A stretch of 64,000 nucleotides of DNA, taken from contig NC_043007.1 in NCBI RefSeq assembly GCF_006345805.1, forward strand, positions 55,986,001-56,050,000. Direction: 5' to 3'. Both the position numbers and the translations under genes were made by a program. The notes under the pieces are model-generated. The model did not search any database and was not told the origin of the DNA. It saw nothing but the letters and a program-made list of their open reading frames with translations. The first letter of the stretch is position 1. Every line of letters begins with the position of its first letter. Positions 50,146 through 64,000 of this stretch are shown piece after piece. Origin of the DNA: Octopus sinensis (lineage: Eukaryota).

Positions 50146-51605
50146 TTATGTTTGACTTTTGATTTGCATTTGTACAAATTGGCTCCAAGTCTCACCCAGA
50201 GACCTTAAAAGACAACAACTTAGAAGTTCATGTCGGTGTTATGCTTAGGGTGCCATACATTAGGTTTTGTACATAGTGTTGTTCTAGAGAATGTTTAAGA
50301 AACCATAAGAAAATTATGTTTGTTTTAAAATTTGAGATTACATAGACAGTATTTTACGTAGGATATGGGCAGTTCCCATGAGTACTATCTCTTGAATTTC
50401 TGCCATTTTGGAGTTTCCTGGTATCTGAGTTAGGTAGCAACCAGCCGCTTTTGCTATCATTCCTAGAGCACCTATGAAAATAGGTATTGTTTTAATCTTC
50501 AGGTTCCATATTTTGCTAATTTCTATTTCAAGATCTTTATACTTACTCAGTTTGGTAAGTATTGACAGATACGTTTATATCGATTGGGACAATCCTATCA
50601 ATGAGGAGCCATGATATTTGTCTTGATGTCTTTCAATATGATGTCTGGCCTATTTGCATCTATCTTTTTGTCAGTTTGAATGGTGAAGTTCCAGTGGAGT
50701 GAGATGTGACCATTTTCAAGCACTGGAGGTGGTTTGTGTTCCCACAAGTTTTTACCATGGGGCAAGTCCAACTTTCTGCAAATTACCCAGTGAATATATT
50801 GTGCAGCTCTATCATGCCTGTTGAGATATTCTATAGGCGCTAGAAGACTGCATATGGAGACAACATGATCAATGGTTCCATTTTGTTGTTGACATACACG
50901 ACATGTTGGGAAGCTACCGTTCTTTAATATGTTAGCATGGTAGTTCCTTGTTGGTAGGCATTGATCTTGAGCTGCTATGAGAAACACCTCTGTTTCTGAT
51001 TTTAAGCCAGAAGCCATTAGCCATTGATGGCTAAGGGGTTTGTCAACATCTGCATTATTCGCTCTCTTTGGGTATTTGCCATTTAGAGGTTTTTCTTGCC
51101 ATTTATCATTCAGAATATCTAAGGCAGCAGTTTTAGCACGGATTTTCATGCGCTTAGCTTTTTCTGCGCTTGTTTCTAGTACGTCTAATTCTGGGATTTG
51201 TTGTATTCGGAATACACTTAGATATTCCTTTGCCTGTTTTGTTACTTCAGTATGATGCTTCCTTGTTTTCTTGTTCTGAGACAAGTTTTAACATCCAGTC
51301 CTCAGAGTTTTTCAGGTAGATGTCCAGGCCGATTATAGCAATCTTCATTGTTATTGCCAGTTGTAAAAGTCCACAGCCTCCCTTTTCTTGGTAGATAAAA
51401 TCGATCTATATCTGCCTTAGGGTGGTGCATTCTATGCATTGTCAACGGTTTTCGTATATTACTGTCAAGGTTACATATTTCGGTAATTGACAAGTTAATG
51501 ATATTGAAACTAAGTCGCGACTGGTATGGCTAAAGAATTGATCGCTTCGATCCTGTTTCTCGCATTCAGTTGTCTTTAGTATTGCTCTCACCCTGCGATA
51601 ACATT
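50145..51605 (-). mobile_element. R4/Dong LINE 3' fragment, family B
   Basis: MHRMHHPKADIDRFYLPRKG, WLMASGLKSETEVFLIAAQDQCLPT, CRVCQQQNGTIDHVVSIC, TDKKIDANRPDIILKD. Confidence 0.9.
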
Positions 51606-51651
51606 CCATCATCATCATCGTCGTCGTCATCATCATCATTATTGTTATTAC

Positions 51652-51715
<64 letters not shown>

Positions 51716-51736
51716 CATTATTATTATCATCATTAT

Positions 51737-52195
51737 TCCTTTGTAACATAGTGTAGGTAAAAATGCCCCGGAGTATTTACTCATCTGTCACATCACAAGA
51801 AGGACCTTCGACAGATAATACTTTCCTAAAGATGGTGCTGTGCCCAATAACGTTGTTTTTTGCAAGACATCAATCTTGCATAGGATTTGCAGTTGTCTTA
51901 AGAAGTCTTGAAGTTTCAATGGGGTTAAGCCCAACGCTCCGATCACCCTGGTATCACTTTTACATTACTCTCACGCATTCCACACAGTCTTGCCATTTCC
52001 ACTTTCAATTCGGAGTAGTTGGTGATTTTGTCGATCTCTTTACTCAACATTCATGTCATTTAGTATGGCTACATCTGACAGTATTTATCTCTCTTATTCA
52101 ATACGACAATATCCGGCCGACGGTGTTCGATTATACGATCCGTCTGAAAATCATAGCCCAAGAGTAGCGTTACTTTTCCATCCTCCTGCATAACT
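51737..52195 (-). mobile_element. R4/Dong LINE 3' fragment, family C
   Basis: The minus strand reads FQTDRIIEHRRPDIVVLNKR, then SELKVEMARL and LQKTTLLGTA; frameshifted. Confidence 0.75.
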
Positions 52196-52199
52196 CATA

Positions 52200-52745
52200 C
52201 CAATTCTTTGTTACTTCATATTGGTATTTACGTCATAAGAGCCAATGAAGATATCTTGCGTAGGATGTGGGCTGTTCCTAGCAGGGCTATTTTTTGGATA
52301 GCGTATAGTGTTGAGGATCCAGATGTAGCTTCCACTTTTTTGTTCACATATTTTTAAATCATACCCAGTGATTCAATTATCGCTAGTATTGTTATCATTT
52401 TCTTGCTTCGTATCTTGGATACTTCAATTTCGAGATTTTTTACTTTGACAATTTCTCCACTTCACTTGGGGCAATATTTTGATCAGAAAGGACTGAAATG
52501 TTAACCAGTAAGCAGGTATTTCCCTCCCAATCTTTGATTACTATGTCTGGGCGATTAGCTTTTATTTCTTTGTCGGCTTGAATCGGCATATTCAAGATTA
52601 TTGTGGCCTGGTCGTTGTCTTCTACGTTGTTTGGTACATGTTTATACGATTTATTGTCAATTTTAATGTTGTAGCGCTGGCACATTATCCGGTGGAAATA
52701 ACTACTTTTATTGCTAGTTTTAATGTTGTAATGTTGGCATATTTT
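52200..52745 (-). mobile_element. R4/Dong LINE 3' fragment, family D
   Basis: IQADKEIKANRPDIVIKDWEGNTCLLVNISV..EVEKLSK, then IALLGTAHILRK. Confidence 0.8.
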
Positions 52746-52797
52746 ATTGTCTGTTTTAATGTTGTAGTGGTGGTATACTTGTTGTTGTTGTTGTTGC

Positions 52798-52846
<49 letters not shown>

Positions 52847-53994
52847 CCGTTACAAAATTATAAGATAACTGAGTATGTATGGCTACAATTGCTCTGCAAC
52901 TTTCACTGAAGTTTCAGGGTCTGTAATTTTTAATTTAGTACAATCGTTAATGTCTACCCCTGTTATTGTATGAGATGGTTACTCTACCCACAATGCTTTA
53001 GGTTTTCGGAACGTGTTATGCGAGGCTCCTTTAATTTCTAAATGAATTGATTGTGACAGACGTAGAATTGCCTTTGTTGTTTGACATGAACGCGTGAATG
53101 TCTTGGATGCATAGGTACTTGCTATGCTGTATATTTCTTAACGATACCATATTTGTGAATTAACCTAGCCCTCTGTTTCATCATCTAGCAAAGGCATGAT
53201 CAATTTAGTGAGCAGTTTGAGTAGTTTTGTAGTTAAAGTTAGTGTCAGGGCTGTATAAATTATTTCTTCCTGGCTGCGCGTATATATTTGCTTGTGTCTG
53301 TACGCGCATCTACATAAGGATCGTTGTGACAATGTCTCTTTCTGAATATGGGTAGAAAATTTTAATTATTCCGTCTACAAGCTTTTCAAGTATGACATTT
53401 TGACAATTACAAGCTTTTCAAGTATGAGGTATTAACGTAAACCGAAGTAGTCACAGTAATCTTGCCATGGCTATCGCCTTTCATAAAGTAACAACTCTTC
53501 GAAAAATTACCCCTAGAAGAGAAAAACAAAAGTTTGTCGACCTGAAAATTTATTGGCCCAGACGAAAGGTTTTGGATTTATAGCAAAATATGACAATGAA
53601 AGCATTAAAACTGGAGTATCATTCTTCATCAATATAACTTTACAAGTATTTCTTAATTTCTCTTGTATAAGTGAAAGTTTTAAGTTCTTAAATTAGTTAA
53701 GGACTTTTCTTTTTCCTTCTTCTTAAGCCTACAACATAAAATTTACAACTGGGTGTCTTGTAAGTCACGTATCATTAAATTTTAAATGGTTAAATAGTTT
53801 ATAAATGGCGTAGATTAAAGCTGTTACAAGTAAATCGATATTACCAGAATGTTTTTCTTGAGATCTATGATTCTCTGGCGTATTTCTGCCCAAACATTCT
53901 TTAACTCTTACTTTTCTTGCTCCCGAGTGTGTGCGTGAGCCGGCATACACGCAAGTACACACACACACACACAATTATATAGATAGATCACGCA

Positions 53995-54058
<64 letters not shown>

Positions 54059-54067
54059 TGTATATAG

Positions 54068-54314
54068 ACGCAGGCGCGGCTGTGTGGTAAGAAGCTTGCT
54101 TTTCAACCACATGGCTCCAGGTTCAGTCCCACTGCGTGGCACCTTGCAAGTGGATTTGGTAGACAGAAACTGAAATAAGGCCGTCTGTCAACATTTTAAT
54201 ATACTAATACTGATGAACCAACTAATGTGCTTCTCGATGTTCTTATTTGTTATATATATATATTTGTTCCACGTCCTTGCGTTGTTGTGTTTTTTTGTGT
54301 TTTCTTGTTTGGAT

Positions 54315-54373
<59 letters not shown>

Positions 54374-54478
54374 GTGTGTGTGTTTATATTTATGTGTGCG
54401 CGTGTCTTTGTGTCTGTGTTTGTCCTCTTGCCATCGCTTGACAACCGATGTTGGAGTGTTTACGTCCCCGTAACTTAG
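54068..54478 (+). mobile_element. CORE-type SINE (OR2-like), split and deleted
   Basis: Head GCAGGCGCGGCTGTGTGGTAAGAAGCTTGC at 54068; body CCATCGCTTGACAACCGATG..CCCCGTAACTTAG at about 54430-54478. Confidence 0.75.
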
Positions 54479-55741
54479 TGGATGTCATCTTATCCAAGCA
54501 CCTAAGGGACCCAACACTCAGACAAATACAGGAGTACGTCCTCATAAATGAAACTCCCCCAATACCAAATCGAAAATATATATAGTAGATATCACACCCT
54601 CCATATCCACAGTTTACACAGGTAGAGTAGAATTGTTAGTGGGCTGTTATGTAGATAGATGAGTGTATGTGTGTGTGGGTGTATGTATATATATGTATAT
54701 ACCACATGTATGTAAGCATATGGATATGAAAGTAAACAGGTCAACATACAGACGGATAGGTACATAGGTTATATGAACAAACAAGCACACATACACACTC
54801 ATACACAAATGAAGATTGAAACACATGACCATGTATACACACACACTTTACTTCACACAAGGACACATATGGAGATACACATCCGTATATACAAACACGG
54901 TACATGATTGCAAAACATACACACACAAGGAGACAGAGGCACACACACACACACACACATGCGCACAAACAAACTAAAAAACCGCAGTGTGAATAACGGA
55001 CAGTCAAAACTATTAATAAGGTTGCCAAATCCAAATACGATATATATATACACCGACAGCCATCCCACCGGATGAAACCGCAGCCTACCGGTGAACAAGC
55101 CAAACCTACATTGAGTATGTGCGGTCGATGATGTATATATATATATATGTATATATACGCACAAACACAAACAATAGAATTGATAGACGTGGAAAGAAAA
55201 CCTAGCGATAATTACAAGTCACTTTGAAGGGGAAGAGTAGATAATTTAAAGAAATTTAGAATTTAGCATTTGGAAAAAAGTGACAATCTAAATTTCGTTT
55301 CAGAGACAAATGACAGCTATGGGCAAATTTCGACCTCTCTTTCACCTCATTTACATTGCATAGTTCTCAAATTTGTGTTAACATGGACACTTTAATATAT
55401 AAAGAAGTGTTCATTAATTTCTTTGCCAATAAGAATTTATATAACTGAGAGTAAGGAAGCTTACATACCTCAAAGGGACAAAAGGTATGAATGTGGACAA
55501 CAGAATCGATGATAATTAACGCTTTTTGTGCATGACATTCAGTTAGCCTCGACCGACTTTGTATTTAAGTTAATAATGATATTGGCCTGTTGAGCCTATC
55601 TTCTCTTAGCTAATCATTTTATGTGGCACACACACACACGTCTGTAAATGAATAGGAGTATTCATGTAAATATATATGTATACGTATGAGTGCATGTGTA
55701 CGTATGCGTGTGCACGCGCATGTGTATGTCTAAGTACATCC

Positions 55742-55840
<99 letters not shown>

Positions 55841-56439
55841 CCTACCTGTCTGTCTGTCTATCTATCTATTTATATCTGCCTATGTCTGTCTCTCACTGTC
55901 TCTGTCTCTCTACACACATATATGCATACATGCATTTATATATACATAGGCATACATTTACACACACACACACACATTTATATAGACTTAAGCAGGCATT
56001 TTCCCCTATTCATACCATGTATTCTATTAGATAAAACAAAAGTCGCAGTAATTTGCATTATGAAATTTAAGTTCGATGACTGTAGTAGCGATCTAAAGGG
56101 AAAAAGCACCAGCCAGCTTATATTAAAAATCATTTAAACTCCATAGCAACACGGAATCAACTATTTTCAGCAGCAGACGAAAAAACATTTGAAAATCTTA
56201 TCTTACTAAATTATGCAATTAAATGTCGGAATTGCTGGTATTTGACTTAAATTTTTCCTTTTCTAGCTTTTTCTCTCTTTATTCTCCTTCTCTCTTTCGT
56301 TTTTCCATCTCTCATTCATTCATTCATTCATTTATTCATCTAATTTCTTTCTGTTTTTCATTCCTCTTTCTTCAATGGTTCAGATTATCTTCGATTAATC
56401 CGATTTACTCATTATATGTTTTCACATATTGCTTTAAAA

Positions 56440-56642
56440 TTTTGGCACAAGGATAGCAATTTCTGGGAGGGGCAAGTCACTTACATCGGCCCCAGTGCTC
56501 AACTGGTACTTACTTTATCGATCTCGAAAAGATGAAAAGGCGAAGACAACCTCAGCAGCATTTGAACTGAGAATATATAAACAGATGTAATGCCACTAAG
56601 CATTTTGCTCGGCGTGCTAATAATTCCGCCAGCTCGCCGCCT
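56440..56642 (-). mobile_element. SINE family M, monomer
   Basis: Tail, central domain and GCCAGCTCGCCGCC head. Confidence 0.8.
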
Positions 56643-56765
56643 TAAATGTGTTTTTAGATATTGATCACACACACGCACTAGGATACACGGATACACACGG
56701 ACACAATAGTACACAAGTACAGAAACATATATCAGACCACACAGATATGCATGTCTAGTGTAATG

Positions 56766-56820
<55 letters not shown>

Positions 56821-56874
56821 GGGTGGGGGTGGGGGGGATTACTACGAGCAACGACGCCTCTTTTCACTTACACA

Positions 56875-57290
56875 ACGAGATGGTGGCAATGTAGAAGCGA
56901 CCGGCCGAATGGATTCTGAGAAACGTCAGAACAAAGGACTAGCAAACGTTGCTGGTTCTCTGGAGGACATTTGCACTTAGCCGTCTGGACTATTGCTCTC
57001 AACTGTGCTCACCCTAGTGTCAAATTAATAGTGAAACCTGAGCCCGTTCAGCGATGAAGATTGCATGAATGGAACTGTTGAATGGAACTAGGAGAGACTG
57101 AAAGAGCTCCGACTCCACTCCCTAGAGAGATATGCAGTAATATACGTATGGATGATCCTGGCGGGGTTGGTACCAAACTTCGGGTTAAGAGCTATACTAA
57201 CGCTCAAAATGGATGTCATTGCACTGTTCCAAAGGTCCCAGCTATCCCGTCTAGAGTGGGAACATATCCTGCAGTAGCTTCTAATTCAAG
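56875..57290 (+). mobile_element. CR1/L2-clade LINE ORF2 C-terminal fragment
   Basis: Frameshifted ERLKELRLHSLER / YAVIYVWMILAGLVPNFG is typical of a CR1-type C-terminus. Confidence 0.65.
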
Positions 57291-57304
57291 AGTTTGTGTT
57301 TTCA

Positions 57305-58330
57305 TTCAGATAAACTCAGATAAACACAGATAAATTCCTAAAATTCAAAAACCTATTGAACAGCGTCAACTCAAATATATAGTTCACAATGGAGTACAAC
57401 CAAAAGGAGCTTCCATTCTTAGATATACTAATTAAAAATAATAACCTAAATAGAAACAGACATATTTTACAAAACCACAGACGCCAAACAATACCTACTT
57501 TTTGATTCATGCCACCCAAGACACACTAAAACAAACATAACTTTCAACCTTGCAAGAAGGATATGCACAATATTTTCAGAACAAAATACCAGAAACTTTA
57601 AACTACAAGAACTCAAAAACATCCTAACTAGCAGACACTACCCAGTTCAACTCATAGAGGATGGAATCAGACGTGCAACACAAATCGACATAGAAACTTT
57701 GAGAAAAGTTCAACACAGCAACACACCTTCCCCGAAAATACTGCCTTACATATTCACATACAACCCCAGAAACAAAGAAGCCTTCACCATCATCACCCAG
57801 AATTTACCAACGCTTCATAAGGGACCCAAATTAAAGGAAATTCTAAACATACATAAAATCATTAAAAGCTACAAACAACCTAAATCACTAAAAAAGATCC
57901 TCACAAAGGCAAAATTGCTTTCTGAAATTACGGATGCAAAAGTAAAAAAATGTGGTAGACCAAACCGCAACATGCCCAAACCTTCTTGTGCTTCAGAAAA
58001 CATAATTTATGTCATAAGATGCTCGGGCTGCCACCAAAACTATGTAAGATCCACGGGATTATCACTCAGACGCAAATGCACTCTGCATCGACAACAGATT
58101 GCATTCGCAGGATACAGAATGATACCCTTTAGTGAGCATATTGAGAAATGTGCAACTACTACCACCATTTTTAATCTTTCCATTCTATCAATGTGCTATT
58201 GGAACACCAACACAAATTAGATTAAACAAGGAAACATTCTTCATTGAAAGATATAAACCTAAACTTAACCATCCTAACATTCTTATACAAAGAAACTTAT
58301 CTCATTGAAAAAATAGAAAAAATATAAAGC
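57305..58330 (+). mobile_element. Penelope-like element 3' half (RT C-terminus plus GIY-YIG endonuclease relic)
   Basis: LPFLDILIK, KQYLLFDSCHPRHTK, YPVQLIEDGI, TYNPRN, and ENIIYVIRCSGCHQNYV (GIY-YIG-like). Confidence 0.85.
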
Positions 58331-58639
58331 GATTATCTCCCTTATACCGGAAGAAACCCCTGATTACCCTCCCCTGCCTGGAACTCTTCTTTTCATAACA
58401 TAACGAAGACATGACACGATGTAGGTAAAGAAATTTGAAAAGTATACACGAAACCGGTTATTTCTCCCAAAACTATGTTACTATACACAACATTTTATAA
58501 CATTTTTCTAACATAACGACTTAAATATATTTTTTAACCTTATAAAACAAGCCTTCTGTAGTTTTTTCACTCTTTTCTATTTTATATATATATATATATT
58601 ATATATATATATATATATATGTATACACATATATATTGT

Positions 58640-58905
58640 GTGTTCCTTCTCAAGCCACGCCTGGCTCATAAGAGCCGGTTTCCCGGTTTCTTCGGCATAT
58701 AGGCTCCCCACCTGGACGGGACGCCGGTCCGTCGCAGGTGAGCTGCAAGATGCAGAAGGAAAGAGTGAGAGAAAATTGTGATGAAAGAGTCAGCAGAAGT
58801 TCATCATTACCTTCTGCCGGAGCCGTGTAGAGCTTAGGTGTTCCGCTCATAAACACACACATCGCTCGGTCTAGGATTCGAACCCGCGACCCCTCGACTG
58901 CGAGT

Positions 58906-58910
<5 letters not shown>
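58640..58910 (-). mobile_element. tRNA-derived SINE (third family, OR1-like)
   Basis: B-box GGTTCGAATCC; 3' part GCGACGGACCGGCGTCCCGTCCAGGTGGGGA..GAAACCGG..TATGAGCC. Confidence 0.8.
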
Positions 58911-58969
<59 letters not shown>

Positions 58970-59187
58970 CTTATCAGTGTCCACTAAGTCATGCGTCTAC
59001 TATATTTTGGGTTACTAAATATCGTAATATCAAAAGCTCTTTAAGTAAGCTTTTGGCCGATATGTCATATTTAACCTTGTTCATCAGCAAAGCATGAATC
59101 TCGTTCTTGAGAATTAGTAGTATCTATCAGCCAAATATCCCCTATACATGAATACAAACATATATACATACATACACACACACACAC

Positions 59188-59218
<31 letters not shown>

Positions 59219-59345
59219 CATTCATATTTATATTTATACATACATACATACATACATACATACATACATACATACATACATGCATACATAAATACATACA
59301 TACATACATATTTATAGTTTTCACTTTTACCGTTTTTGGAATCAG

Positions 59346-59381
59346 GCTATGAGTTCAACGGTTTTCTTACAAGTTGAGAAG
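59346..59381 (+). CDS. Candidate 36-nt symmetric exon
   Basis: T-rich tract + ATCAG acceptor and AAG|GTGAGT donor; open frame AMSSTVFLQVEK. Confidence 0.2.
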
Positions 59382-59656
59382 GTGAGTTGAGTTTAACCTT
59401 AGGCACGGTAAGGGTCGCCGATAAGAATTAAGATGCTCTGCATCAAAATTCGAAATCCCCGGTGATATGGCTATATCCGCAAAGGGAGCTTATCTCAATT
59501 GTCAGTTATGGAGATAGTGATGTTGTGGCTCGTGAGTCGCTTTGACTCTTACTTCTAGTAATGCCGATATCACTTAGTATCCTTTGTCACTTTAGTAACG
59601 TCTATAAATTTGCTTTTAGGTTGTTAAATTGCTAATAAGCCACCCATATATATATA

Positions 59657-60125
<469 letters not shown>

Positions 60126-60209
60126 ATATATATATATATATATATTATGTATAAATATATATATATACCGTAGATATCTATCTATCTACCTATCTATGTA
60201 CCTATCTAT

Positions 60210-63875
<3,666 letters not shown>

Positions 63876-64000
63876 ATGCGTCCATCCGTCCATCCGACTG
63901 ACAGTCTGTGTGCCAATCTATCAGTCTATCTGGCTATATATCTATATATATGTGAATGCATGTATAATTGTATACAGTTTCTTACATGTATATACATTTA

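Noticed and set aside
53376-53430. ~20-bp local duplication TACAAGCTTTTCAAGTATGA
   Set aside because: An ordinary slippage duplication.
55068-55100. CCGGATGA-ACCG/CGGT-GAAC hammerhead-like string
   Set aside because: Multiple core mismatches and no stem I/III support.

Overview
AT-rich, microsatellite-saturated eukaryotic DNA. The SINE and LINE families point to an octopodid cephalopod (Octopus); this is inferred from repeat content, not from a database search. I recognise no host protein-coding gene, rRNA or tRNA gene, or CRISPR array. Nearly all ORFs in the track are microsatellite translations or decayed transposon fragments. The window holds two Tx1/L1-type LINE relics at its ends, eight R4/Dong-type (restriction-like endonuclease) LINE 3' fragments chained in triplet microsatellites, Penelope-like relics, Tc1/mariner relics, short Helitron-like elements, at least three tRNA-derived SINE families, and a 555-bp non-coding element inserted in (AAT)n. 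Four observations stand out. (1) Between 34.7 and 42.9 kb there is a cluster of unrelated minimal type-I hammerhead ribozyme motifs, several inside fold-back structures including a ~2.15-kb palindrome, with no retroelement ORF nearby. (2) Same-strand trains of Dong/R4 elements and the 555-bp element sit in microsatellite tracts. (3) One SINE family carries a variable number of ~185-189-bp internal units with an invariant junction. (4) A unique ~500-bp segment is very dense in TGAC(A) motifs and is a candidate enhancer.
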